Source of the DNA: Octopus vulgaris
Lineage: Eukaryota
NCBI GenBank assembly: GCA_951406725.2
Contig: OX597838.1
Location: 2,542,001 to 2,606,000, forward strand
DNA length: 64,000 nt
Reading direction: 5' to 3'
The translations under genes were made by a program, and so were the position numbers. The stretch's first letter is position 1, and each line of letters begins with the position of its first letter. Shown in pieces: positions 28,951-43,280 of the stretch. A model generated the notes under the pieces. It was given only the letters and a program-made list of their open reading frames with translations, was not told the origin of the DNA and did not search any database.

Positions 28951-29906
28951 GGACAGACAGACAGGCAGATAGACACTCAGAGAGAGACAAACGAAAGGAA
29001 AGAGTATGCGACTAGTTTTGTTCAGTTTAAGATATTTCGTAGGATTGACGCTGTGGGTTCAATCCTTTAGCAAGGTACCCAAGAATGGTGATTTCAACGA
29101 TAACCTGAATTACCCACTAATTCCCCCTGTCAAAGACATTTGGTATACGGAATCTTTTAAGAGGCAGGTTTTGTAAAAACGCGCCGGAGTGGTCGACTTA
29201 ATCCATCACCTCCATTAAATCCTCTAATTCACCCTTGAGTACATTTTATGGAACGCTCTTGTTATAAGCGTCAGGTTTCCGTTCTGAGGAAGGATTTCTT
29301 CCTTTCTGTAGACAGTCTTTGAGGTTTTGATTAAAAGAAAGCCATTGGCTCAGCTTGTCCCATCTCTCATTAATCCGTAATCATTTCCTTTTTAATTGCA
29401 ACATTTAAATTAATTAACAGTTGATATACACAGTCTTGCAAATCTCTCTTCAACTGTTGCGTTTGGCACAACATCCAACATGAATAATGTCCTTCCGCAG
29501 CCTGTCTGGTTTTATGAAAATTTAAGAAAAATATCCCCAAAGACATGTGTGTGTATATGTGTGTATGTGTGTGTGGTGTGTATCTGCGTGTGTGTGTATG
29601 TGAGAGAGAGAGGCGGGAGTGGAGAGACAAGGAGAAGGAGAGAATATAGAGAAATAGAGCGTGTGAACCGTACATGTGTAAATGTACGTCGCCATATTGA
29701 TGTCGCTTTGTTGCGTTTCTCTTTGAAGCCAACGAAACAAAAGAAAAAAGTAATTTGTACAATTTGTCATTGGTGACAACATGTCAAGTTACAGCGTGGA
29801 AGAGTCGAAGCATATTAATAAATACAACAACAAAAACAACCGCAAGAAGAATAGCAATGATGATAATAATATCAATATCAATAATAATAAAAATAATATT
29901 AATAAC

Positions 29907-30021
<115 letters not shown>

Positions 30022-30167
30022 GCAACAGCAATAATAATAGTAACGGCTTCAAATTTTGGTACAAGCTAGAAATTTTGGGGGAGGATTAGGCTAGTTACAT
30101 ATACATACATACATGCATACATACATACATATATACATACATACATGCATACATATATAGCTACATA

Positions 30168-30218
<51 letters not shown>

Positions 30219-31089
30219 TGTGGTGACAACTGTATACATGTCTGTATGTGTATGTGAGTATGTGTGCGTGCGTGTGTACAGCGGTTATATCTGTAGATCC
30301 AGGATAGGATCTGATAGGATCTATAATTTTGCTTTGATTGATCTCTCGTGAAAGATTGATAATATTAATCACACTATCAGTAATCTGCTCGAGTCGATTA
30401 AATTGGCAGTTATAGATCCAAAAGGGAAACATCTATGGGGTAGGACAGTCTGCTAAAAATAGGAGATAAATATCCTCAAACCTCACCCAAGTGCTCTAAC
30501 CGCGCACATAAGATGATAGAGTGGTAGATATATTATAAATATTAAAAAACGCAGGATAGGTACAGCTGGGACGTTTTTGATCATATATCTTGCCCTTAAG
30601 GGCGACCTTGCTGTCAAATACCTTAAATCACAGCCTATTGTGTGGTGAAGGGGCTGACACCCAGGGACATCGTAGTCCATGTGACACCGATAGAATTTTG
30701 AAAGTGGAGGATCACATGGCATAATAATATACATTCAAATGTACAAAATGGCGTGATGGTCAAGGGTGGAACCCTCCCTTACAAGTAACCACAGACAAAT
30801 CATAATCAACAACAAGAATAACAACAGCTGCACCATTTTAAAAAATAGCCAATGAGAGTATCTCCTAAGTTATCCTTCGATTTGCTTGAAATAACAACCA
30901 AAGCCATCTCAAATTAAGCTCTGTCGTCTTAAGAAAAGGAAGGCCAAATTAGAAAACGGAATCCGCTGTCTGAAACTAACAAAACCACCGGCTTGGCTAT
31001 CGATAGAACACGTTTGATCATGGTCTGTCCGGTCTGGGTTGGTCTGGTGTTAAACAACAACAACACCAACAATAACAACCACTACGAGA

Positions 31090-31265
31090 AAACTAATTAG
31101 CTTTGTATGTATTTGCATGAAATCATTATTTGTTAATTTACATATTAATTAGCATAATGGGGGAGATTATTCTGTCATCTGTCAGCTGTCAGCTGTTCCG
31201 CTAACATCCAATCATCAACAATGTCTACAAGCTAATTAACAGCCGATGAACAATTAACAAATTAC
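31090..31265. promoter_or_regulatory. candidate developmental/neural enhancer
   Basis: non-repeat island with TAATTA x3, octamer ATTTGCAT (31111-31118), CTGTCA x3 overlapping CATCTG/CAGCTG x2 (31172-31195), AACAAT x2. Confidence 0.45.
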
Positions 31266-31433
31266 TTTACTATTTCATCACACAACTATTTGCATCATTT
31301 ATCTTTCAAATCTCACAATCTCTCACGCGCGTCGCTCCATCCTTTCTCGTTTCTCTCTTTTTCTCTCTCTCTCTCTCTCTTTATCTCTCTCTCTCTCTGT
31401 TTTTTTTTTGCTCTACTGCACTTTCTCCCTCAC

Positions 31434-31479
<46 letters not shown>

Positions 31480-31755
31480 GACGTCTCCCTAAGTGTGTGC
31501 GTATCTGTCTATGTACGTGTTTCATTTTATGGTGTTCGCATACATATATGTATGTTTGTGAGTGTTTCTGTGTGTGTGCGTGTGTGTGTGTATGTGTGTG
31601 TGAGAGTTTGTGTGTGAGAGAGTGTGTGTGTGATGTGGGTGGGAATATACGGAGTGTGTGCGTGTGTGGTTCAGTGGCTTAAGTGCGTTAGGAACTGCCT
31701 TGTCCACTCAACCTCGCTGTCTATTTCATTATACATATAATGTACGAGGATGAAT

Positions 31756-31955
31756 AATTTTGCCACAAGGGCAGCAAAAGAGGACGAGTCGATTAAATCG
31801 ACCCTCTCAGTGTTCAACTTGTACTTAATTTATCGACCCCGAAAGGATGAAAGGCAAAGTGGACCTTGGCGGAATTTGAACTCAGAACGTCACAGCAGAC
31901 GAAATACCGCGAAGTATTTCGCCCAAGTGCTAACGATTCTGCCAGCGGGCTGCCT
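31756..31955 (-). mobile_element. SINE family A
   Basis: gtacttaatttatcgaccccgaaaggatgaaaggcaaagt...ggcggaatttgaactcagaacgt...gctaacgattctgccagc. Confidence 0.9.
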
Positions 31956-32948
31956 TAACAATGAGAAGAAGAAGAAGAAGAAGAAGAAGAAGAAGAAGAA
32001 GAAGGAGGAGGAGAAGAAGAAGAAGAAGAAAAAGAGAGAGAAGAGGAGGAGAAGAAGAAGAAGAAGAAGAAGAAGAAGGAGGAGGAGGAGGAGAAGAAGA
32101 AGAAGAAGAAGAAGGAAAAGAAGAAGAAGAAGAAGAAGAAGAAGAAGAAGAAGAAGAAGAAGAAGAAACCAAAATCATTATGTTAAAGGCATATACAACA
32201 TTATACAACGTGCATCGCTTTTATGCATAACACGAAATATATGCGTGTGTGTGTGTGTGTATGAACTCCTACACCCCTCACACACATTATACTTACATAG
32301 AAAAACATACATATACACATATGTTTATTCTATCAAAAGTTTCTATTCTCAAATTCGCCCTTTACATCTGTGTTCGTGACAGTCCTGAATCTCCTTCAAA
32401 AGAGTTGTTCTAGTCCTTCTTCAAATATTTCAGAACGTGTATGTGAGTTATTCATATCTGACTTTAAATGAACATCACATCAGAGCAACAAATAGGGCGG
32501 GTGAGATCTCATGTTGAAACAGAAACTATTGCATCATGGAAGAATCATATTTAGCGATATCAGAACACGGAAAAAATGTTACAGTCACATTTTCCAATAT
32601 ATTTTTTATATTATATTGCCAGGACATTTTAATGAAAGAATGGTCTCTGATGACCGATAGATACCTACTACTACTGTGTACGTAACACAGAAAGGTTTGT
32701 TACGGTATATCAATTAGGCTGGAGATACTGAAAGTAGTGATGCACAAATTAGTATTTTTACTGAGTAGCAAATGCTGTCATTGTATCAAAAAATACACAA
32801 GGAAAATACTAATACATTACGTTATACAGATCTGGGTAGTATAAGTAATAAAATATGAAAGTGTAACATCCTTTGACTAAGACCTGTCTTTATGTAACGT
32901 AACAGTGGCGTATGACTGGTCTCATTTGAGCCTTTTGAAGGCTATGTA

Positions 32949-33009
<61 letters not shown>

Positions 33010-33012
33010 TAC

Positions 33013-33045
<33 letters not shown>

Positions 33046-33063
33046 TACTACTACTACTACTAC

Positions 33064-33129
<66 letters not shown>

Positions 33130-33667
33130 TTCGATTGTTTTGATTGTTTTCTATTCATTTCCTCGTATAATGTGCTGCGATTGGTTTTTGTTGTGTAGAT
33201 GCATAGTTAGTCGACAGGAAAGCGTTCTTCTCGTTTGACCTATGTTATGCTGTATGAAATGTTGTTTACGGAATTTACGCTTTCATGAAAGGCGATCAAT
33301 TGCTTTGGATAATTCAATTAAATTATGAATGTATAGATTTCTTATCAATAAGTATCTTTTGTATAAACCCAGCAATTATTACTTTTCTTTTCGGGCGGAC
33401 GTGGGGAGGGGGTTACATTTACTAATAAAACTTTATCTATGAGGTGGCTACATGTTATTACTTTCGCAGTACAATTGGAGACGTGTTGCATTCTCTCTGA
33501 ATCTTTTCGTTTATATCTCTGTTTAAATCTCTTATTTATCTTATGTCTTCTGCCCACCCCACTCTCCTTCTCTCTCTATCATCCATTCTCAGTTTCCCGC
33601 CTATTCTTGCGTTCTCTTTTTCTCTTCTCTCTTCTCTTTCTCTCCCTCCGTATATGCATTTGTGTAC

Positions 33668-33719
<52 letters not shown>

Positions 33720-34561
33720 CTGCATATATGTGTCTCTCTTCTTTTCTCTTCCTCTTTCTCTCTCTCTCTCTCCCTTGATATATATATATATACATACTTG
33801 CATACGCGGTGGTTAGGCGGAAGTTCTTTCACCAAATTGAGATGTGTAACAAATATTTTACGTCAAAGAAATTTAAGGATTCCGGAAACAGCAATCTTAA
33901 CATCATTGATGAAGCAGTGAATAGAAAGGGGAAAGGGGGGGAGAGAAAAAGACGTAGAGAGGTGGGATGAGAAGGAGGAGGAATTGGAAGATGAGGATGA
34001 GGCGGAGGCGGAGGCGGTGGATGATGATGATGAGGAGGAGGAGGAGGAGGTAGAGTGGAAAGGTGAGAGAGATACAGACAAGCGGTGTGAAAGAGAGAGC
34101 GAGAAATATAATGATACTGGAGATTAGGAAAATGAGAATAAAGCGAAAGAACAACAACAACAACATGTACAAAAAATTCAATAGTAACAACATCATCACC
34201 AACAAAGCATGTTCAGCTGCACCATTACCAACACCATCACCATCACCACCATCAACAACAGCAACAACAATAATAACACTAACAACACGGAATATAAGAA
34301 TATTATCATCAATGACAACAATAACGTTATGAACAAGACCAACAATAATAACAAGATGGCGACGAGGAAAATGTGAGGAGATATACAGGAAGCTGACTGG
34401 TTAATCAAGCAATTGTGTTGCTATTATTGGTTTATATAACTGTGAATGGGAGTTGAAATTGTGATTATTGGCAGTAAGAGTTGCGCCGGGCATTTTACTG
34501 TCTTCTTTCTATCATAAGTCTTTCATAGACCAGCGAAAATAAAAATAAAAGATAAACATTC

Positions 34562-34596
<35 letters not shown>

Positions 34597-34597
34597 C

Positions 34598-34755
34598 AAT
34601 GCTTAGTTGCATTTCGTCCGTCCTTACGCTCTGAGTTCAAATTCCGCCAAGATCGTCTTCACCTTTCATCCCTTCTGGGTCGATAAATTAAGTACCAGTG
34701 AATCACTGGGGGTCGATGTAATCGACTAGTCCCCTCCCCTCAAATTTCGGGCCTT
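34598..34755 (+). mobile_element. SINE family A, 5'-truncated
   Basis: gcatttcgtccgtc...ctgagttcaaattccgcc...gggtcgataaattaagtaccag. Confidence 0.88.
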
Positions 34756-34759
34756 AATA

Positions 34760-34791
<32 letters not shown>

Positions 34792-34829
34792 TGTTGTTGT
34801 TGTTGTTGTTGTTGCTGTTGTTATTTAGT

Positions 34830-35008
34830 AGTTCACTACCGAGCGCAGTTCTGTGTGCCTTGGGTATGTGATTTGTTATGATGCTCTGATGGTTACTGTA
34901 TTGAGAGTGTTTTGCGTAGGATGTGTGCAGTGCCCAGTAATGCATTTTTCTGTATGTTATATATATTTGTAAGTCCTGGAGTTTTTCTTATGTATTTGTC
35001 TGAATATT
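34830..35008 (-). mobile_element. R4/Dong-like 3' end
   Basis: minus frame YSDKYIRKTPGLTNIYNIQKNALLGTAHILRKTLSIQ* plus a 3' UTR shared with 58724-59110; embedded in (TTA/TTG)n. Confidence 0.85.
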
Positions 35009-35053
35009 ATTATAATAATATTATTATTGTTTTATTATTTATATTATTATCAC

Positions 35054-35114
<61 letters not shown>

Positions 35115-36796
35115 GCTGTTGTTGTTGTTGTTGTTATTATTTAATAGTTTTGCTTATAGAGTTGCGTCAGTCAGACGTGTTGTATGCCGATGTCCAGCTT
35201 CGTATGTTTACCGTATAAAATTAAGAGAAAATGGCTTATTAAATGAATTATTAATTTATTTACATATAAAGGTAATTAATTAGACGGCAATTAATTCATT
35301 GATTTTCTTTTAATTTTTATTTTATAACTTTGAAGACGGGCAAAATTGACCTGCGAATTTCAATTTCTTCTTCTTAAAGATACTTCAATCATACATTAAT
35401 ACAGATCATTTAACACACACACACATACACACACGTACACAGATAGACAGGCAGACAGACAGACAGATAGATATGCATAAATATAAACACATGCATCTAA
35501 ATATATACGTACATAATCTTATTCTCTTTATCCTTTTTTCCTTTTCGATAAGATATACCAATTTTTTCAAAGTATCTTTCAAAAGCCCTCAAGAAGATGC
35601 TTCTTATGATTTATATTAATATTGTAAATATAAAATGATATAAATAGGAAATTGGAAATGTTTGCACCATTACACGTGTTTCATTTGCTAATAGGAAATG
35701 GAAGATTGTACATTTTGGATAAAGGTGTAAAAAATTTCCTATTAGAAATTTTTCAGACAATCACATAGTACAAAATTCACCTTTGGGCGAAGCGCTAATA
35801 GAAATATATGTTTGTGTGTGTATACTAACACTTATACACGCCCTTACACTACACACACACACCACACACACATACACACACACACACACCACACACACAC
35901 ACACGCATATACATATGTGAGTGTGTGTTTGTGTGCGTGCATGATAACTTCAACTATCCAACATTGCTTTTAGAAAAAATACGCAGGGCAATTTATGTAA
36001 ATGAAAGAGAAGCTCAAGCTTCTCTAATGATGAAGCAAAAGTATGAACTCAATATGGCATTATCGTCTGCAATAGAAAGAAACGATTAAATACCATCGGC
36101 CTACACAAAAACAAGCGCAAAAGGATGTCACGTGACTGAATCCGATATATCCAATCAATATTAGGCACTTAGGTTAGAAATATATTCCCCCATCTTGTAA
36201 AATTAGACTTTCTCATAAATATAGCAAGACTCCAACCTCGATCCTCCGAACACTAATTCGATAACAGATTATCATTCTTCAGCAATGAAAAACAAATGAA
36301 TAATTCAAAGAATATTAACAAAACAAACCGCGACGATCATTCACAGAACGCATTCCCAGTCAACAGCAATTATTTAGAAAAATCAGTTATCTAAGCAGTC
36401 ACTGTCACATTTCGCATTAATCACAATGTAATTGATTACACTGTCGTGACAGAAAATGACTTTAAGATTAGATATAATCAACATACATATACATTTAGAT
36501 TATTACAAAGGCGACTTCACGTGAGCCTAACAACACATACATGGTTTTGTTTGTTTATTTTTTGGGGGGGTTTTTTTCAATACTAATGTAACCTACAATA
36601 TCAGTTGGCATATTTTATACCATCCAATTCTCTCTGTAATTTATGGAACAGGTCTTTATTTTTTTGTTTAAAACGAAATTCTGAAAACGTATATAGTTAA
36701 TTTTTTCTTGTCTAAAGAAGCCAAAATTCCATCATACAGTGGTGGTTTTTCACTAAGAGTGAACCGAACTATGGGATAATGATATAGATTTTGTGA

Positions 36797-37075
36797 AGTC
36801 ACGTGGCTTAGTGGTTAGGGTTCAACGCTGACGATCGCCAGATCATGGGTTCAATTACTTAAACGAGTGGTGTGTTGTGTTCTTGAGCAAAACCCTCCAT
36901 TTCAAGTTGCTGCAGTTCACTCAGTAGTCAATGGGTCACCCTGCGACGAACTGGCCCTTCCGATCAGGGCCTGCTCGCCAGCAGGGTGGCATCGTCTCGA
37001 ATCTAAAACGACGTGAAGTGCATTGTAACCAGCGACGTACAAAACCATCCAGGATAGCCAGGTCGATCAAGCGAT
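36797..37075 (+). mobile_element. tRNA-derived SINE family D (CORE-like block)
   Basis: A box tggcttagtggttag, B box gggttcaatt, CORE-like ttgtgttcttgagcaaaac...cactcag; body shared with 40885-41102. Confidence 0.75.
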
Positions 37076-37659
37076 TTTTATATCATTTTGTGGTATCTTA
37101 ACACCTTACAATTTGTAACATCGACTGACTCTTAAGTGAAGACATTGTTAGTTATCCAGATAATCTCATTTCAGAGAAACAGTAATGTCTCGTTTATATA
37201 AACAAGCTTTAAATCTGTTATATATAATTTAAACATTAAGTAACAATACAGCAGACGTGTAGACATATTTAATACATGAGTACAAACACCATTTCATAAT
37301 TGAGACGTAAATGATGAGCGATTAGGATGCCGAAAGGTTATTATAGAACTTCAGCCGGATACATAAGCACAAGTGAAATATGTATTAGCTATGATATATA
37401 TTTGTATGGGTTGAATCAAACAACTGATCCTACTCTATTTGATGAACAATGTGATGGCGAAACTTCAAGTAGTGATGCGAATACGTAGTGACGAATCTGC
37501 TAATAAATACAAAGAGTACACTTGAAGGAAGCATTGAGCTCTTCATTCTATTATAATTACTTTGAGTGCATAATATATCACATATATACATATGTATATA
37601 TACATATATATATATACACACACAATATATAGGAGCACCTAGATGCGTCGGCATATAGA

Positions 37660-37744
<85 letters not shown>

Positions 37745-37769
37745 ATATATATATAGTTGAAATTGAGAG

Positions 37770-37940
37770 AAAAGCAAAATACGAAGATAGGTGTATGGGC
37801 AACAAGTAGAAGTATTAGTTTGACGCTCGGGAAAGTGAAACAGTCTTTTATATTTCGAGCCTACGCTCTTCAACAGAAAGGAATAACAGGAAATAAACAG
37901 GGAGAATGAAAAAAGCTTGTAGATTTAGCGATCAACCATT
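37770..37940 (-). mobile_element. PLE-like family P copy with hammerhead variant at 37845-37880
   Basis: minus strand CUUU CUGUUGA A GAGC GUAG GCUC GAAA UA UA AAAG; next to (TA)n. Confidence 0.72.
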
Positions 37941-38165
37941 CAAGCATACACACATATATAAATATATATATATGTATATACAGGAGAACATAGATGCATA
38001 CATATATACTAACATGTGTTAGGACGCTCACGTTAGTGTGTATGGTTCTCAGTGTGTATATACATGCTTAAGCAAACTCTCAGATGCAAAAACCATATAT
38101 TTATGTACTTGTAGATGAAACGAAATGTGTATATTATGTATGTATAAATACATGTGTACATGCAT

Positions 38166-38208
<43 letters not shown>

Positions 38209-38707
38209 CGTGTACGTGTGTGTGTACGGTTATGCATATATATGTTTACGCAAAACTTAGCTTCACGAACGATGACATACACATGCATACATATGTGTAT
38301 ACATGTCTAAATGCGTCAGTGTGCGCGTGTTTAGATGTATGTGCGTGTATATATGTATATATGCTTGACAGTATGAATGGCTTGTGTGTGTGTTCGAGTG
38401 TGGATGGGTGTGAGCGCGCGAGCAAATGCATAAGAACATATTTTGTAAGCCTACAATTACTGGTGTAAAAGTATGGAAGGAAATCAAACACACATATTTG
38501 CTTGTGTATATAATTTGATGTGTATATATATTTGCCTGTGTATATAATTTCAATTGGGAACAATCGACATGGAATCGTTTTCCTACCATAATTGAAAGGT
38601 TTCCAGAGGAATCGAGAAATACTTCCGGCGGCCATCTACACACACGCATATATTTGCATAAATATATATATATATATATATATATACATAAACGCACACA
38701 CACATAC

Positions 38708-38784
<77 letters not shown>

Positions 38785-39078
38785 TATTTGCATACATGTA
38801 TACAGGATATATTTGCGTTTTATTTTGTGTGTGTTCGCATGTGAATGCGTGCTCGTGCGTGTATAATTTTATCCGCCTGTGTATATGTGTGTGTGTGTGT
38901 GGGTGTGTGTGCATCTGAGTGAGATTGTGTATGTGCATGTGTATGTATGTATATGACTGTATAACATATTTCTGTATGTTATATGTTTGTGCATACGAAT
39001 GTAGACAAAAATGTGCATATGTTTATGCATTGGAACATAGACAGAGAAAGAGAGAGAGAAGAGAAAAAGAGAGTCAGT

Positions 39079-39166
<88 letters not shown>

Positions 39167-39729
39167 GATGAATCGCAGAGAACGAGAGAGTGTGATATAT
39201 AGAGAAGCCAGCCGAACTAGAGACGTACAATGACGCAGAGAGCGACTAGTTTAATAACCGAGTCAATTACAGCCGATCTTTTGTGCTGCGAAACATCCGT
39301 CCGTGACAGATCAACCGAGCTGGCTTTTCACCTGGATCGCTGCTACTTACGACTCTCGATATTTTCTGTGAACGGACGCTGATTAAACTGATGAGCACAA
39401 CATCTGCTTCTGAGCTTGAAACACAGCAACTCTCCTTACACTATGTTAGAATTCACATCATGCCAGTCTGTAGTTTGTAGGTTTAATAATTACACTGCCT
39501 GCTCGTGTGCGCCAATATACATATATGTGTGTGTGTGTGTATCTATCAGTGAATGTGTTTGTGCGTGATTGTATATGTGTGCGTTTGTTTGGACGTTTGC
39601 GTGCGTGTGCAGTGAACGTGTGTGTGTGTGTATATTTATGGCGTATAGGAATATGTATTTAGGTATACATTATATATATATATATATGTGTATGTATATA
39701 TGTATATATATATATATGCATGTATGTAC

Positions 39730-39762
<33 letters not shown>

Positions 39763-39829
39763 AATATCTTACGCGCATATGTATTTATACAAGTAGATAT
39801 GTGTATATGCATTGCATATATATACAAAC

Positions 39830-39862
<33 letters not shown>

Positions 39863-39876
39863 TACGTATATATATA

Positions 39877-39914
<38 letters not shown>

Positions 39915-40390
39915 CTATTTGCATATACATATCCATAATATCCATAATATACATATATTTGTATATTCATTAATAATTCATATCGATAATCATTCATATT
40001 GTTAATAATCCAACATGGTCATCTTAATCCACGTAATCCCTCCTGATCCATTTAATCTCCATAATCCATATATACCACGTAATCTTGAATAATTCTAAAT
40101 TTCCTGTCTTGTTCACTGATATGTATTCCAACATAAAAGAGAGATAAATGTGTTTTCTAACTGCAGTTTATGTGTGTATGTTAGTGGCTCTGGGACTATG
40201 CGTATGGGTGTGTATAATTATTGATATATATGTGTGTGGAGTAGTGCTTTTGTGTGCGTCAGCGTTTTCGTTATATGTATACATGTGTCTCTCAATACGA
40301 AGGTATGTGTATGGTTATATATATAATGCGAATGAGATATGATGTATGTGTATTTGTATGTGTGTGTGTGTGTTATGTACGTATGTGTGT

Positions 40391-40460
40391 GAAGGCGCAT
40401 GGCCCAGTGGTTGGGGAACTGCACTTGCTATCGCTAGATCTTGGATTCGATTCTTGGACG
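40391..40460 (+). mobile_element. SINE family D tRNA head
   Basis: gaaggcgcatggcccagtggttgggg...gatcttggattcgattcttgg (A and B boxes). Confidence 0.75.
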
Positions 40461-40479
40461 CGCGAGCTCACACACACAC

Positions 40480-40880
40480 AGATGTTTTGCAAACATCTTG
40501 CACCTGCAAGTGCTACCAGTCGAGAACTCTGCATACCGGAAGCAGCCAGTGAGTATATGGGGTCATCAGGAGAACATGCGCGTCCTTTTGTGGCCTACCT
40601 CTCGACAGCATCACTGCGCACCGCCTCCCCCTCACTGAAATGAGGCCTCGCTTGCTAGGTCAACTGGTTATCAGATGTAGCTCAATATTCTTCTAACCTT
40701 CACTCATCGCCTCTTTTTAACCAAATCTAGTGGCTTGCTTTTTCCATTGTAGTTTGAATATGGTGGTATTTGCTTCACGATGAGTTTGGCCTAACGATGA
40801 CACCAGTCGCTTCACACTCTGTTCAACGAATCCTCTACATTCGACTTGGAAATTGCTCCATTTTTCCAGCCTGTGTCTTC
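40480..40880 (-). mobile_element. highly decayed CR1/L2-like RT C-terminal fragment
   Basis: frameshifted minus-strand pieces GVIVRPNSS*SKY, EKAS and DAVER*ATK resemble the DLGVIV..L.W..H / KA / LE.VQRRATK motifs, in the expected order. Confidence 0.45.
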
Positions 40881-40884
40881 ACCT

Positions 40885-41102
40885 GCCATGTGATCAACCA
40901 GTCTGTCTTTCGAATGATGCCACCCCACTGGCTGGCTGGCCGTCGTTGTCCATGATCAGAAGGCGAAGCCATCACAGGGTGACCCATTTGCTCATTAACA
41001 GCTGGGTGGACTCAAAAACTGAGTGCGCCACCTATCCAGGATTCGAAACCATGATCTAGCGATCGGGAGTGCAGCTTCCTGAGAACTGAGCCTTGCGTCT
41101 TC
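40885..41102 (-). mobile_element. SINE family D
   Basis: ccaggattcgaaaccatgatctagcgat...gagccttgcgtcttcac head; cagggtgacccatt and gatgccaccc blocks match 36797-37075. Confidence 0.75.
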
Positions 41103-41394
41103 ACACACATACGTATACAAAACACACTCATACATATGTATACATGTATGTATATGCATACACATATACGTGTGTATGTATGTGTGCGGATATGAATGTA
41201 TTGTGTGTCGTGCTTATGTTCCTGTTTTTAGTAACGTGTGTATTTGCAAATGTTTGGTTTCTGTGTGTTTGTGTATGTGTTTGTGTGTTTGTATGAGTGT
41301 ATGTGTGTATGCATAGGTTTATGCATTCGTATGCACATCTGTCTTCTCGTGTATGTAATCGTGTCTATATTTGTATGAAAGTCTATCCCTATAC

Positions 41395-41468
<74 letters not shown>

Positions 41469-42071
41469 CATGGATGATGTTTTTGAATTTTGGCTTTATC
41501 TTATGATTAGCGTTGTTGTTATTGTGGTTGTTGTTATTGATAAGATTCCAGGTCAGTCAGCATAAATTAAGCAAATCTCTGACTGAAAAACTGTCCAACT
41601 ATGACCATCCTGCCTATTCTTTCAGATAGTGGAGATACGTGAAGCATTTGATGTCGGCGTTGGTGGTGCTGTTTATGGTGGTGATTGTGGTGGTAGTGGT
41701 GGGGATAGTGGTCGCGATGGTCATGGTGGTTGTATTTTTTTTTAATAATGTCGAAGGTGGAGGTGGTGCGAAACTAATAATCTGCCCCAATGTATGATCA
41801 AATCCATTCAATATAATCTTCGATGTTTTTTCGTAGTAGGAAGTAGTACATTCTGAGAGCTGGAACATTTCATTACATTTACAGAAAGTATGCGTATAAA
41901 CACATTACAAGAAGAATTTCTTCCCTGGAGACAACTCGCAGCGTAGCGTCTTTCCATGTCCGAATGCAATAGTACATGTTAACTAAGACTCGTACATAAT
42001 TATATTTCAGTCAACGCTGATAAGTGTGACTTTAACATTTATGCGTATGTGTGTGTGTATGTGATTGTATG

Positions 42072-42117
<46 letters not shown>

Positions 42118-42659
42118 TTTGTGTATGTGTTTATTCATATGGTCTTTCGTGTTCCTATGACATTAAATACACAACTGCCTACCCACAAGTTATATAAATA
42201 TTCAAATAAAGTTTGATCATTTAGTTTCTGTTTTATTAATAGGATTTCTAGCTTCACATCCGCCTTTGTATGAAATACGAAGGTTTGTAACTAGTTACAG
42301 ACCCCAACACACCCCACGCCCTTGATATTATAAAGAATTACTAAGAGCCGGATTATCGTGTTTTAAATATTAGCCGGAGGAAGAGACTTTAAACAACAAC
42401 ACCTACAACAACAGTTACACACACACTGAACAAACCAATATCACCCTTCTATATTTCATCCGTGTAAATCTTATCAAATATAAAATTGGACATTCGACAA
42501 CTATACAATACCGGCGGCTTATTATGCACTTACTATTTGCTGATGTTGCATTAAATTTCCATAGAGAACGGGGACAAATACTAGATTACAACATTATTGT
42601 AGTAAATAGAATCCTCCTGCTACATCACACACATATATACACGCACGACACACACACAA

Positions 42660-42706
<47 letters not shown>

Positions 42707-42954
42707 ATGACGAATAAAGACACACAGAGCACCCACACACAACGACGAAAACAAATATGGGATAATTATTCATGGATTTTTCTTTCAATAAATCCAAGGC
42801 ATTGATTAGCTGCCAAAAATGATGTACGGAAAACACGCTAAACATTTTCAAATAACAGTCATTATCAGTCACATTGCAGTTTTGATAATTCGAGAGAAAA
42901 ACCCAAGAGACCAGAACTGATCGCCATAAGAAAACTAACCAAGATGCGGCCCAT

Positions 42955-42992
<38 letters not shown>

Positions 42993-43280
42993 TCCGTTTA
43001 AAAGTATCTCAAATGAATTCTTATGAGAAAGGAGCAGAATTCATCCACTAAGAGTCATTAATTTAATAAATGAGAATCTTTCTCTTTCGCCCCTTCTCTG
43101 TCACTCTTACTTCAAGTGGTAACGTAAATGTGTAGTAACGTACACACACACACATATACACATACACACCCACACCTACAGACATACATACATACTTACA
43201 AACATATACTTATATATAGACACATACACATGCGCGTATGTACACCTACATATATACGTTTATATGTATACATATATTTC

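Noticed and set aside
39385-39430. ctgatgagc...gcttgaaacacagc hammerhead-like
   Set aside because: No stem III or NUH site, and no stem I.
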